Assembly (NCBI GenBank): GCA_046331685.1
Contig: JAXLQI010000001.1
Span: forward strand, 192,047-256,046
DNA: 64,000 bases
Direction of reading: 5' to 3'
DNA from: Candidatus Micrarchaeia archaeon
GTDB taxonomy: Archaea; Micrarchaeota; Micrarchaeia; Anstonellales; Bilamarchaeaceae
The notes under the pieces are model-generated. The model saw nothing but the letters and a program-made list of their open reading frames with translations. It ran no database searches and was not told the DNA's origin. Below, in pieces: positions 33,892 through 43,935 of this stretch (within the stretch, counting starts at the first letter, position 1; each line of letters starts with the position of its first letter). Both the position numbers and the translations under genes were made by a program.

Positions 33892-34995
33892 GTGGCATTC
33901 GACCGGACGGAGATGCAGTGGAAGCTCCAGCGATATTCTCAGATGGTCAGGGAGTCAAGGGACCCGATAGCGAAGGGCAAGGAGGTCCTGGCCGAGCAGT
34001 ACGAGAGGACCGCAGGGGTTGCCGACACCGACGTGGATCGGTGCGCAAGGTTCGAATTGCTCAGGTCTGCCGTCCTGCAGGCGGTCTATGAATCGCTCGG
34101 CGGAAGCGCCGAGCTGAAAGCATGGCTGGAAGCCGGCAGGATCGGCTATGAGCTCGCCGGGGCGAAGGCCCATGGCATATATCACCGGGAGCATGGGATG
34201 GAAGAGGAGCTCAGGAAGACCATCCCCGACCGATGCTCCGAAAGCATCAGCCAGATCCGCATCAGGGCCGACAATGATGCGATAGACCAGTCCCGGTTCA
34301 TGGGGGCCCTGCGGATGCATGAGCCTGGGTTTGGATACGCGGTGAGCGTCCGGAAAAGGGAAGCGCATAACCAGGATTCTTTCCTGCTGGACCAGGAGGC
34401 GGGCGCGGCCGGCGTGGCTGACGGCATCGGATCCCTCAGGTTCTCCGCCATCGCGAGCCACCTGAGCCTGAAGAGAGCGGCGCAGATGGCGAAGAGCGGC
34501 CTGGGAAGGAGAGAGATCTGCGCGATAAGCGATGAGATAGCATGCATAATCAACGACCAGGACCTATACTCGTTGAGCGAGGGCGCCATTGCCGGGAGCA
34601 CGACGATGGCTGTCGGCGTCCTAGGGAGCAGGTCTTCAGACGTGTTCAAGGTCGGGGACAGCCTGCCGTTCCGCGTCATCGAAGGGCCGCAAGGGCCCGC
34701 TATCGAGATGATCTCTCAGGTCACCGGGATCAGGGCGCTGATAGGCCAGTCGTATCCGCTCGAAGAGGACGATGTCGAGAGGTTCCATGAGAACGGGGGG
34801 ATGCTCATCTTCACGACAGACGGGGTGACGAACTATATCCCGGGCTTCCTGGAGCGGGCCCAGAGGATCGTCAGCCTCACCGATGACCCGGTGTTCATAG
34901 CGGAGATCCTCCTCCGCACGGTGCTCCGCAACCAGGCAGAGTGGCTCCACTGCGATGACACGACGATAGTCGTCACCGAGAGAAGGAAGGGCTAG
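33892..34995 (+). CDS. PP2C-family Ser/Thr phosphatase domain with an unknown ~150-aa N-terminal domain
   Basis: NQDSFLLD..AGVADGIGS..GSTTMAVGVL..VGDS..FTTDGVTNY..CDDTTIVV are the PP2C metal-binding motifs. Confidence 0.6.
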   Translation: MAFDRTEMQWKLQRYSQMVRESRDPIAKGKEVLAEQYERTAGVADTDVDRCARFELLRSAVLQAVYESLGGSAELKAWLEAGRIGYELAGAKAHGIYHREHGMEEELRKTIPDRCSESISQIRIRADNDAIDQSRFMGALRMHEPGFGYAVSVRKREAHNQDSFLLDQEAGAAGVADGIGSLRFSAIASHLSLKRAAQMAKSGLGRREICAISDEIACIINDQDLYSLSEGAIAGSTTMAVGVLGSRSSDVFKVGDSLPFRVIEGPQGPAIEMISQVTGIRALIGQSYPLEEDDVERFHENGGMLIFTTDGVTNYIPGFLERAQRIVSLTDDPVFIAEILLRTVLRNQAEWLHCDDTTIVVTERRKG

Positions 34996-34999
34996 AATC

Positions 35000-35680
35000 T
35001 CATCCCCCGGCGTCTTCGCCGATCGGGACGCATATGCGCGGCATCGAGACGCACAGCTTCCGCGCGATCTCGGACGCGATCCTCCCGCGCAGGATTATCC
35101 TGTGCATCAAGGCCAGGTCGCCGGGTATCGCTTCGGCCAAGATATGCTGGGCTCCGACCGAATACTCGTTCCGGCTGGTGAGGAGCTCGCAGGCGCGGCC
35201 GCCGAGGCCGTTTTCGAGTATGATCCTCGCGAGGGACTCTTCGGCCGCCGGGGAGCCCACCCTGCCCACCATGAGGATGAGGTAGGCGCTGAATCCGCAT
35301 GCGTCCCGGTCCCCGCTCCTGCTCAGCTGCAGCAGCCTCCCGGCCAGCATCTCCTGAGACCGGTGCGACCGGATGCGGCCGCTGACCAGGAGCCCGGCCA
35401 TGAGGTCCGGCTGAGATGAGCGGACCGCCGCTTCGCTGAGGGCCTCCTCGGCTTTCGGGCACTCGATCATGCCGTAGCGGAGCGCCTCGTAAGCGTCTTC
35501 CGGGGTCAGGCCGGCCGAGAGCTTCCTGACATGCTCGTGCTGTTTCTCCTGCGGGAGCCCGATATCGCGGAGCACGGCGAGCGAGACCTCGTGTAGTGGC
35601 CTGCCCGACACAAGGCCCTTGAAGAACGCCCTGGTCCTCGCGAAAGGTTCGGGCTCGTGGATTTCTTTTTTGACTTGCAT
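35000..35680 (-). CDS. Hypothetical helical protein (226 aa)
   Basis: Protein-like composition. The larger overlapping ORF 34992..36332 is an Arg/Pro shadow. Confidence 0.45.
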   Translation of the reverse strand: MQVKKEIHEPEPFARTRAFFKGLVSGRPLHEVSLAVLRDIGLPQEKQHEHVRKLSAGLTPEDAYEALRYGMIECPKAEEALSEAAVRSSQPDLMAGLLVSGRIRSHRSQEMLAGRLLQLSRSGDRDACGFSAYLILMVGRVGSPAAEESLARIILENGLGGRACELLTSRNEYSVGAQHILAEAIPGDLALMHRIILRGRIASEIARKLCVSMPRICVPIGEDAGG

Positions 35681-35819
35681 GGATCGTCATCTCCTCTTGC
35701 ATGGATAGAACTGGCAATTTCTTATTTTCATATGCATTACCACTTATTAAGCTTTTCGGGCCGGGGACGGACGATGCAGCATCCGGGGCAAATATTAATC
35801 CTGCCGATGGAATACATCC

Positions 35820-36455
35820 ATGATCCGTCGCGCGGCGGCCCTGCTCGAGAGCAGGCTGCTCAAAGTGATCGTGTTCGTCATCCTGCCTTTCCTCTATGGC
35901 TTCAGCCTGCCCCATGTCCAGGCGGTGAGCGATAACCTCGCATCCCCGTCGCTCATCGGAAACAACAGCGGGCTGACCTTCAAGGCGACAGAGGGCCAGG
36001 TGTCGATCCCGGACGGGATAAACAGCATATTCCCGCTCGCGAAATATTTCTCGTTCTGGCCCCTCGTCTCGGTGGACGACCCGTACATCTGCTTCGAGGA
36101 CAACGGGAGCTATGTGACGTACACCAACGGCACGAAACTCCCGGCCGCGATCACCTGGGACGTGGATTTCAACGGGCGGAATGTCACGATCCCCCAGAAC
36201 TCCGTGAACTGCACCCCCATAGAGTTCAACCAGAAGTTCAGGTACGCATGGACCGGCAGGCTGTATTTCCTGATCGGAAGGAATGAAACGCTCAAGAACG
36301 TGAGCGTGGTCCCGCTCACGAACACCTACCACTCGTTCGATTATGACTACGGCGTCCTCCAGGGGCTCGCCCTCATCCCGGCGCTATACCTCTTCTTCTG
36401 GTATCCCATGTTCGGGATCTGGCGGAAGATCGAGAAGGGATGGAAAGAGCAGTGA
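35820..36455 (+). CDS. Hypothetical membrane-anchored/secreted protein with several N-x-S/T sequons
   Basis: N-terminal and C-terminal hydrophobic segments. Sequons NGS, NGT, NVT, NCT, NET and NVS. Confidence 0.5.
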   Translation: MIRRAAALLESRLLKVIVFVILPFLYGFSLPHVQAVSDNLASPSLIGNNSGLTFKATEGQVSIPDGINSIFPLAKYFSFWPLVSVDDPYICFEDNGSYVTYTNGTKLPAAITWDVDFNGRNVTIPQNSVNCTPIEFNQKFRYAWTGRLYFLIGRNETLKNVSVVPLTNTYHSFDYDYGVLQGLALIPALYLFFWYPMFGIWRKIEKGWKEQ

Positions 36456-36493
36456 GGATGAGATTTTATTAAAGCTGAGTGAGTAGGCGCTCC

Positions 36494-37858
36494 ATGGCGG
36501 TCCTTTCAATCAATCCGGCTACAGAAGAGGTGATGGCGAGATTCGAGTATATCTCGGACAAGTCGGCCATCGATGAGACACGGAGGTCCAGGGCAGCTTC
36601 GGCAGCCTGGCGGGCGTCCGGCGTCTTCGAGCGGTGCGCCCTCCTCCAGAAAGCGGCCCGCGTCCTCCGCAGGAACTCCCGGAGATACGGGGAGATGATC
36701 AGCCTGGAGATGGGCAAGCCGATCAGGCAGTCAGTCTCCGAGGTCGAGAAGTGCGCCACCGCATGCGAATACTATGCCGAGAGCGCGCCCAGGTTCCTTG
36801 CAGACGAGATCGTCCGCACAGAAGCAGTAAAATCGTTCGTCGCTTTCCAGCCCCTTGGGACGATCCTCGGGATCATGCCATGGAATTTCCCGTTCTGGCA
36901 GGTTTTCAGGTTCGCGAGCGCCACGCTCGCGGCCGGGAACACTGTCGTCGTGAAGCATTCGAGCAATGTCCCCCAATGCGGCATGATGGTCGAGGAGGTC
37001 TTCAGGGAGGCCGGTTTCCCGGAATCGGTCTACAAGAACCTCATGATCGGAAGCGATGCTGTCAGGCTGCTGGTGGAGAAGGACCTCGTGGACGGGATCT
37101 CGCTCACTGGAAGCACCGAGGCAGGCGCCAGGATAGGGGAGCTCGGGGGCAGGCACCTGAAGAAGACCGTGCTGGAGCTCGGCGGCAACGACCCTTTCAT
37201 CATCATGAAGGACGCTGACGCTGCGAAAGCGGCGGAGACGGCCGTGAGCGCGAGGTTCCAGAACGCCGGCCAGAGCTGCATCGCAGCGAAGAGGTTCATC
37301 GTGCACCGGGATTCGGCTGAAGCATTCAAGGCGGCGTTCGTGGCAGGAGCGCAGGATCTGGTGATGGGCGACCCGCTGGACGAGAGGACCGGTCTCGGTC
37401 CGCTCGCCCGGGCCGATCTCCGCGAGAACATCGAACGCCAGCTCGATCTCGCGCTGAAGGAGAAGGGGAAGATCCTCTGCGGGGGCAGGAGACGCGCCGG
37501 GAAGGGTTTCTTCTTCGAGCCCACTGTGATCGAAGCCGGGAAGGGATCAGCCACCGTGGCGAAAGAGGAGACTTTCGGGCCTCTGGCCAGCATCATCATC
37601 GGCGAAGACGATGAGGACCTGCTGAGGATAGCCGATTCATCCGGGTACGGCCTCTCGTCATCGATCTGGACGGCTGACGCTGAGAAAGGCGAAGCGTTCG
37701 CCCGGAGGATAGATGCAGGCATGGTCAGCGTCAACGGCATGGCACGGAGCGACCCCAGGCTCCCGTTCGGAGGGGTGAAGAAGAGCGGCATCGGCAGGGA
37801 GCTCGGCCGCCACGGGATACTCGAATTCGTCAATATGAAGAGCGTCGTGATAAACTGA
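36494..37858 (+). CDS. NAD(P)-dependent aldehyde dehydrogenase (succinate-semialdehyde dehydrogenase-like)
   Basis: SINPATEE.., PWNFPFWQ, ELGGNDP (catalytic Glu) and GQSCIAAKR (catalytic Cys). Confidence 0.88.
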   Translation: MAVLSINPATEEVMARFEYISDKSAIDETRRSRAASAAWRASGVFERCALLQKAARVLRRNSRRYGEMISLEMGKPIRQSVSEVEKCATACEYYAESAPRFLADEIVRTEAVKSFVAFQPLGTILGIMPWNFPFWQVFRFASATLAAGNTVVVKHSSNVPQCGMMVEEVFREAGFPESVYKNLMIGSDAVRLLVEKDLVDGISLTGSTEAGARIGELGGRHLKKTVLELGGNDPFIIMKDADAAKAAETAVSARFQNAGQSCIAAKRFIVHRDSAEAFKAAFVAGAQDLVMGDPLDERTGLGPLARADLRENIERQLDLALKEKGKILCGGRRRAGKGFFFEPTVIEAGKGSATVAKEETFGPLASIIIGEDDEDLLRIADSSGYGLSSSIWTADAEKGEAFARRIDAGMVSVNGMARSDPRLPFGGVKKSGIGRELGRHGILEFVNMKSVVIN

Positions 37859-37861
37859 TCA

Positions 37862-38650
37862 TCACTTGATCGACTTGAGGTCCTTGACGAAACGGTCCAT
37901 CTTCTGCACAGGCCTGATCATCGTCTCCGTCCTCCTGAGCAGCTCGCGGAATTCCGGATCATCGATGTCCCGGGGCCTTTTCCCGTCGAGCTCGATGATC
38001 CCACCCACCTTGCCCCTGTCGATGACCACCGCCCGGTCGGAGATCGCGAGGGCCTGCTCGACAAGGTGGGTGACGAGGATGATCGTGATGCCCAGCTCCT
38101 CCTGGATCCGGATGATCTGCTTCTCTATGGAGCGCCTTGTCTGGACATCGAGGGCCGAGAATCCCTCGTCGAGCATCAGGACATCGGGCCGGTTCACTAT
38201 CACCCGCGCTATCGCCACCCTCTGCTGCATCCCACCTGAGAGCTCGATAGGGTATTTGTCGCGGTGCTCGAGCATCCCGAGGAGATCAAGGGCCTCCTCG
38301 CCGAGCTGCTTCCTTGCGGCTCGGGGGATGTTCTTCAGCTCGAGCCCGAACTCCACATTCTCGATCGCCGTGCGCCATGGGAAAAGGGCATAGCCCTGGT
38401 AGACGAGACCGAGCGCCGCGGTCGGTCCGCTGAGCGGTTTCCCGCGGAATGTTATCCTGCCCGATACCGGAGCGAGAAGGCCCGCGAGGGCGTGGAGGAG
38501 CGTGCTCTTGCCCGCCCCGGAACCCCCGATGACGGAGAGGATCTCGCCTTCGTAGACCTCCAGCGATATGTCCTCGAGCACGTTCTCGGAATCGGTCCTC
38601 CTCAGGGTGACGTTCTCGAGACGCAGGACCGCATCCTTCTTCCCCGTCAT
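37862..38650 (-). CDS. ABC transporter ATP-binding protein (NitT/TauT family)
   Basis: Walker A GGSGAGKST, signature LSGGMQQR, Walker B LMLDEGFSALD. Confidence 0.9.
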   Translation of the reverse strand: MTGKKDAVLRLENVTLRRTDSENVLEDISLEVYEGEILSVIGGSGAGKSTLLHALAGLLAPVSGRITFRGKPLSGPTAALGLVYQGYALFPWRTAIENVEFGLELKNIPRAARKQLGEEALDLLGMLEHRDKYPIELSGGMQQRVAIARVIVNRPDVLMLDEGFSALDVQTRRSIEKQIIRIQEELGITIILVTHLVEQALAISDRAVVIDRGKVGGIIELDGKRPRDIDDPEFRELLRRTETMIRPVQKMDRFVKDLKSIK

Positions 38651-39426
38651 GATTCCCTCTCCGTGCCCTTCCAGCGGGCGATCTGCCTCTCGAGACCTTC
38701 GAAGATGACTTTCTCGAAGACTATCATGAGGACGCCGAGCGTGATCATGCTGACGATCACTACATCGGTCTGCGCCGTGTTCTTCGCCGCGATGAGGAGG
38801 GAGCCCACTCCGCTCGGAAGGCCGATTATCTCAGCCGCGACCACGGTCCTCCAGGCGAAGCCTGTCGCCACGCGCGAGCCGGTCACGATCTCCGGCGAGA
38901 TCCCGGGGAGGAGGACCATCAGGAACAGCTGGACGTCGTTCGCTCCGAGCGTCTTCGCGGCGTTGATCAGGTCGCGGTCGAACCTCTGGACAGCGTTCAT
39001 CGTGCTTATGAAAAGAGGGAAGAAGCACGCGATGGATATCACGAAGATGGCGGCGTTGTTGCTGAGGCCGAACAGCAGGAATGCGAAAGGGACCCAGGCG
39101 ATGCCGGGGATCGGCTGGGTGAGCTCCACCCAGGGCTTCATCAGGTTGCGGATGACCTGGTTGCTCCCGGATGCGAGCCCGAGAGGGAGGGCTGCGAGGA
39201 ACGCGATCGTGAAGCCTATGAAGATCCTCGCTGTGCTGGTCCAGATATCGACGAACATCTGCCCGCTCGATATCATGCGCTCGAATGTGGCGGCTATCCT
39301 GAGGGGGCTCGGCAGGACGAGCTCGCTCACCGCCCCGCTTGACGAGAGGTATTCCCAGAGGATCAGGACTGAGAGGATGGATATCGCCCAGACCGCATAT
39401 TTCTCCGTCCTTCTCAACACATTCAT
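38647..39426 (-). CDS. ABC transporter permease (NitT/TauT family)
   Basis: Six TM segments and the EAA-like loop ..INAAKTLGANDVQLFLMVLLP... ATGA overlaps on both sides. Confidence 0.85.
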   Translation of the reverse strand: MNVLRRTEKYAVWAISILSVLILWEYLSSSGAVSELVLPSPLRIAATFERMISSGQMFVDIWTSTARIFIGFTIAFLAALPLGLASGSNQVIRNLMKPWVELTQPIPGIAWVPFAFLLFGLSNNAAIFVISIACFFPLFISTMNAVQRFDRDLINAAKTLGANDVQLFLMVLLPGISPEIVTGSRVATGFAWRTVVAAEIIGLPSGVGSLLIAAKNTAQTDVVIVSMITLGVLMIVFEKVIFEGLERQIARWKGTERES

Positions 39427-40301
39427 CCACCGTGATATATCGTATCTTTGCGGGGCGCAGCTTTCAAATACCCGCTGTCGACCGCCATGCCCCATAGCCG
39501 CTCCATGCTGGGCCAGTCGAGAGAATCGTTGTATTCTGCGTACATCCTCTTCATCGGCGCGACCTTCATGACTTTCGAGATCTCGGCCCCCGACGGGGGG
39601 GAATTGAGGAACCCAACAGCCCTTTTATGGACGCGGAGCAGCTTCCCCATCAGGCCCGGATCCTCAGCGATCCTCCTGCTGACGACGAGCACATTGCGCT
39701 GGTATCTCGAACCGTAATCCCTCTTCCATTCCTCCCCGACATCCATGAAGCAGTCCCCGCCGCCTCCGGATATCGCATCCGCGAACGGCTGCCACGTGAG
39801 GGCCGCATCCACGTCCTTCGTCACCAGCATGGCGGTCGGCATATCGGCCGGCTCGATCCCGTATATAGGCTTGATGTCCAGTTTCCTGCCCACATAGCCC
39901 CGGAACAAGGTCTCCGTCATCGTCCCCTTCCCTGAAACCGCGATCCTCCGTGGCTCATCGCCGCTCGCGCAGACGACATCCCCGCCCCGGCTCGCCCCGG
40001 AGATTATGAGTATATCCGATCCCCTCTCCTTCCAGACGGCAGTGGGGATGATGCTCATATAAGCCGCATCTATCTCGCCTGAGGCCATGGCTTCGGCGAG
40101 GGCCGGCGAAGTGCCGAACGAGAGGATCCTCACCGAGAGGCCTTCATCGCTGAAATAACCCAGGTCCTCCGCCACGAAAGGATGGATGGTGTCGACGGCC
40201 TTGATAGACCCTATGCGGAGATCGACGGCCGGCTCGTCATGATAAAGAGAGAAAGCCGAGAGGATCACCATGATGATCCAAACGGCTATGATCCTGCGCA
40301 T
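39423..40301 (-). CDS. ABC transporter substrate-binding protein (NMT1/SsuA-like)
   Basis: N-terminal anchor, ~290 aa periplasmic-binding fold, first gene of the three-gene transporter operon. Confidence 0.75.
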   Translation of the reverse strand: MRRIIAVWIIMVILSAFSLYHDEPAVDLRIGSIKAVDTIHPFVAEDLGYFSDEGLSVRILSFGTSPALAEAMASGEIDAAYMSIIPTAVWKERGSDILIISGASRGGDVVCASGDEPRRIAVSGKGTMTETLFRGYVGRKLDIKPIYGIEPADMPTAMLVTKDVDAALTWQPFADAISGGGGDCFMDVGEEWKRDYGSRYQRNVLVVSRRIAEDPGLMGKLLRVHKRAVGFLNSPPSGAEISKVMKVAPMKRMYAEYNDSLDWPSMERLWGMAVDSGYLKAAPRKDTIYHGG

Positions 40302-40755
40302 GCCTACACATCAAAAAGAACGAATAAATAGCTAGCTCATCAGGGCCGAATAGAAGGGGAGGTGCCTGAAAAAAGGCGCCCTCTGGAGATAGACATTCAG
40401 ATGTCTGTTATCCAGCTCCCTGAAAAGCGGTCCGACCGAGAGGATCTCGACATTGATGAGATCTCCTCTTTCCTCTCCCATTCCCCCACCCTCCGCAATT
40501 CACCCAAGACCCCGGATACACGGGGCACCATCCTCACGGATCCCATTCCTCCCATGACCATCCCCTCCCCCTGATTAGCTTACGTTTGGGTATTATATAT
40601 ATGTTTTCTAAAAAAAACGGTGAAAAGTTCCACAATTCATTTAAGATTATTGTGAAAAAAACTTATAATACACGAATTTGTTAAGAAAACAACAGCCAGA
40701 GAACGACGGAAGGCTGGAAGGAGAGAAAGCGGCATGGGGAAAAAACATAGCATCG

Positions 40756-41061
40756 TCAGGGGAGGCATCTTTTTTCCATCATGTCCCTGAATCCCTGGTA
40801 AGGCACCGTCCGGAATTCTTCCTCGGTGTATTCGCAGCTGTTCAGGATGCCGCTCAGACGGCAGGTCCCGTTCTGCCATCCGCTGAACCCGAAATCCTCC
40901 TTGACATAGCCGATAGGGACGCCCGGGGCGATGCCTTTGACCAGGGTGACCCTTGCCGAAGGGTCGCACGTGCTGAAGTGCTGCATGTCGCTTTTCTCGA
41001 AATAGTCGGTGCAACCGCAGAGGAGGATGAACGGGGCCAGCAGGAACACACTGAGCTTCAT
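40756..41061 (-). CDS. Small hypothetical lipoprotein
   Basis: Signal peptide with lipobox LLCGC. Four further Cys. Confidence 0.5.
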   Translation of the reverse strand: MKLSVFLLAPFILLCGCTDYFEKSDMQHFSTCDPSARVTLVKGIAPGVPIGYVKEDFGFSGWQNGTCRLSGILNSCEYTEEEFRTVPYQGFRDMMEKRCLP

Positions 41062-41112
41062 GATTCAGCTATCATCACAAAGTATAAAAGAACTCCCGGA
41101 ATCACACTCAGC

Positions 41113-41862
41113 ATGGATATCCGGTTCAAGAACACCGCCGGCGAATTCATCGCGGGCATCCTGAGCGAGCCGTCCAGACCGAACGGGAAGGCGATCGTCC
41201 TGCTCCACTGCTTCACATGCACCAAGCACCACCGAATAATGAGGGGCATCTCCGAGAGCCTGAGCGGGAAGGGATATTCGGTCCTCAGGTTCGATTTCTC
41301 CGGGAACGGCGAGAGCGAAGGCAGGATCGAGGAGGCCACATACACCAAGATGATCGGCGAGGTGAGGTCGGCCGTCGATCTGCTCGGACGGGAAGGGTTC
41401 AAAAAGGTGGCGGTCGCAGGCCACAGCATGGGCGCGATGCTCAGCGCGTTATCCGCGCATGAGGACCGGAGGCTGAAGGCAGTCGCGTTCATCGCCGGAA
41501 GCTCGCAGGCGGCCCGGGTGAGGGAGGTTTTCCCGAAAGAGGCCCTGGACAGGGCGGAAAGCGAGGGGGAATCCGAAGCTTTCGTCTACGGGCGCACGAT
41601 AAGGCTGAGGAAAGAGTTCCTGCTCGATGTCGAGAGGTACAATATCGGCCATGCCGTCGCTACGCTCAAGCGCCCCATGCTCATCATCCACGGGGCGGCC
41701 GACGAGATCATCCCCCCCTACCATGCCCGGCAGATATACCAGTGGGCATCAGAGCCTAAGACCCTCGAGATGCTCGACGGGGTGGACCATCTCTTCAGGA
41801 AGGAAGAGCATCTCGCGATGGTGAAGGAGAGTGTGAGCGGCTGGTTCGCCGCCAACTTCTAG
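41113..41862 (+). CDS. Alpha/beta hydrolase
   Basis: Nucleophile elbow GHSMGA, HG-type oxyanion region LLHCF and C-terminal D..H (DGVDHLF). Start trimmed to ATG 41113. Confidence 0.8.
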   Translation: MDIRFKNTAGEFIAGILSEPSRPNGKAIVLLHCFTCTKHHRIMRGISESLSGKGYSVLRFDFSGNGESEGRIEEATYTKMIGEVRSAVDLLGREGFKKVAVAGHSMGAMLSALSAHEDRRLKAVAFIAGSSQAARVREVFPKEALDRAESEGESEAFVYGRTIRLRKEFLLDVERYNIGHAVATLKRPMLIIHGAADEIIPPYHARQIYQWASEPKTLEMLDGVDHLFRKEEHLAMVKESVSGWFAANF

Positions 41863-43454
41863 CCGCCCAGCTTCGAGACCAGGAATTCAGAGACCAGCCT
41901 GGCGTCGGCTGCGAACTGATCGTTCTCAGCGACCATCACCGGGCGGAACGCGACCACGCTGGGAGCGGTCCCGAGCTTGTAGAACCGCTCGACCGGAGCG
42001 AACGCCACCCCGGTCTCCATCACGAGGTCGAGGCAGAAGATATCCGAGGGGGCAAGCTCCGCGACCGAGATGCTCCTCATGTAATAATCGAATGCGCTCA
42101 TGGCCTCCAGGCGCCGGTCCTCATCAGGGATCTGGAGGATGACCTGCTTCAGCTTCTCCATCACGACGGCCTTGTATTCGGTCTTCTTCCAGGGCACATC
42201 GGGGTGGTCGATGAAGAAGAGGTTGTAGCCGCTGCTCTCGATCTTGACGGCAGGATGGAGGGGCTTGATGTGCGGAAGGGAACGCATGACCGCCTGGTTC
42301 CCGCCTTTTCCGTCCTCCCCGATGAACCTCCTCCTCCCTTCCCGGCGGATCATCTCGAGCTCAGGGTCCGGGTCCAGGATATCCGATGCGAGGATCCTGT
42401 GGGCTGCCACAAGGGCTTCCATGGAGCAGTTCGGGATCACCCCGAGCCTCCTCTGGAAGTCCGACTCCAGGTCGCGCACGATGCTCCCTTCTGCGTACTT
42501 CCGGAGACGGTCCGGGATATAGACGGCGACCACGCCGGCCTTCTTGTTCGGCTCGAGGAAAACCTTCGAGAGGCTGTTGACGAAGATGAGGATGTTCTTC
42601 TCGTCCGAGAGCTCGATCAGCCTCCGCACGCGCATATGGCGCTCCGGCCAGGAGAACGATTCGTAGATCATGTCCAGGACGACGGGCCGCAGGATGCGGC
42701 TTCCGGGCGGGTCGTTCATGGTCGCCGCCTCGTTCAGGTCGAATGCCCCGGTGCCGCGGTCGTTCCTGAAGAAGCTTTCAGGATAGACGACTGGGTTCGG
42801 ATTGCCATAGGGGATGAAGCTCGAGAAGCCGACCTGCGAGAACGGGTTATGCCCTCCGGACACATCCCCGAAGTCCGGATAGCCGGTCTCATGGTCCCGG
42901 GGCACAGTGACGACCAGGTCCCTCCCGCCGAACATCACAGCCGTAGAGAAGTGCGTCGGGTAGCTCTCATTAGGGAGCAGGACCTTGGCCTTCGTGTTGT
43001 TGAGGAATACCTTATGGATCATCTCGATGCCGTCGCTGATGCCTGCCGAGAAGAAAAGGTGGGTGGGCGGGACGCTGTAGTATTGGGCGACGGCTTCCCT
43101 CGCTTCGGCCACCCCCGCCATATATGCGCCGGTCCTCGAGCGGCCGACCGCATCCTTCATCGGCTCGCGCACCCGGGCGAGCGAGACGCCGGGGAAGTAT
43201 TTCGGGAAATTGCCCGAGCTCTGGTCGCGGAGGGGGCGGCCGTCATGGATCTGCCCGTTCTTGCAGCAGTAGATCTTGTAGAAGCCGAACCAGGTGTCCT
43301 TGAGCGACTGCTCGCGGGATTCGATGTTGTGCGGATTGGTGAGGATGCTGCATCCGTTGCGGGCGAGCATGTCGAAGAAAGGGTCTTTACCCCGGATATC
43401 GGATCTCCTCTCCGGGCCAGTGGTGCCGTTGCTGCCTGCTCTCAAGATGTTCAT
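41859..43454 (-). CDS. Divergent PLP-dependent aminotransferase-like protein (class I/II fold), tentative
   Basis: NSLSKVF (SxSK PLP-lysine context) and a general fold-type I layout. At 531 aa it is unusually long. Confidence 0.5.
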   Translation of the reverse strand: MNILRAGSNGTTGPERRSDIRGKDPFFDMLARNGCSILTNPHNIESREQSLKDTWFGFYKIYCCKNGQIHDGRPLRDQSSGNFPKYFPGVSLARVREPMKDAVGRSRTGAYMAGVAEAREAVAQYYSVPPTHLFFSAGISDGIEMIHKVFLNNTKAKVLLPNESYPTHFSTAVMFGGRDLVVTVPRDHETGYPDFGDVSGGHNPFSQVGFSSFIPYGNPNPVVYPESFFRNDRGTGAFDLNEAATMNDPPGSRILRPVVLDMIYESFSWPERHMRVRRLIELSDEKNILIFVNSLSKVFLEPNKKAGVVAVYIPDRLRKYAEGSIVRDLESDFQRRLGVIPNCSMEALVAAHRILASDILDPDPELEMIRREGRRRFIGEDGKGGNQAVMRSLPHIKPLHPAVKIESSGYNLFFIDHPDVPWKKTEYKAVVMEKLKQVILQIPDEDRRLEAMSAFDYYMRSISVAELAPSDIFCLDLVMETGVAFAPVERFYKLGTAPSVVAFRPVMVAENDQFAADARLVSEFLVSKLGG

Positions 43455-43602
43455 GAACCCTCACACTCAGTGATAATCTTTAAAAAACATTTGTGTCAGG
43501 AAGGAAAAAATTCTGCAAATGACGTATTATCCCCTGCCTCGTATTAGAAAGGTTTTAATTGTTTGAGAGGATTGTAAGTGAGACATTCCAGAGGTGGACA
43601 CG

Positions 43603-43926
43603 ATGGAAGAACAAGAGACAGAAGAGATGGCACCGGCACAGTCTATGGAACGCAGGAGAGACGACAACACGGTCTATGTAGGCAAGAAAGGCACCATGGG
43701 ATATGTCCTCGCGGTCGTCACCCAGTTCAACAACGGCGCGAGCGAAGTCACGGTCAAGGCACGGGGCAAACTGATCTCAAGGGCAGTGGATGTCGTGGAG
43801 ATCGTCAGGCACAGGTTCATGCCTAGCGCCAAGGTGGAAGACATCGCGATCGCCACCGAGGAGCTGACATCCGAGGACGGCTCGAAGAACAAGGTATCCT
43901 CGATCGAGATAAAAATCCAGAAATAA
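43603..43926 (+). CDS. albA: DNA/RNA-binding protein Alba
   Basis: [54 protein letters not shown]. Several in-frame starts are possible (43594, 43603, later Met). Confidence 0.9.
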   Translation: MEEQETEEMAPAQSMERRRDDNTVYVGKKGTMGYVLAVVTQFNNGASEVTVKARGKLISRAVDVVEIVRHRFMPSAKVEDIAIATEELTSEDGSKNKVSSIEIKIQK

Positions 43927-43935
43927 TGGTAGCAT

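Noticed and set aside
34992-36332. 446-aa ORF on the minus strand
   Set aside because: Arg/Pro/Gly-rich low-complexity translation that overlaps two more protein-like genes (35000..35680 and 35820..36455). Judged a shadow frame.
38264-39571. 435-aa ORF on the plus strand
   Set aside because: Antisense to the ABC ATPase and permease genes, which have clear Walker and TM signatures.
40340-40575. 70-aa plus ORF (40362..40574) and a 54-aa minus ORF in the gap between the ABC operon and the lipoprotein gene
   Set aside because: Both translations are low-complexity (Pro/Ser/Thr-rich, or Gly/Arg/Met-rich) with no motif and no clear start context. Left unannotated.
42204-43547. 447-aa ORF on the plus strand
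   Set aside because: Antisense to the aminotransferase-like gene 41859..43454. Arg/Asp/Val-rich shadow composition.
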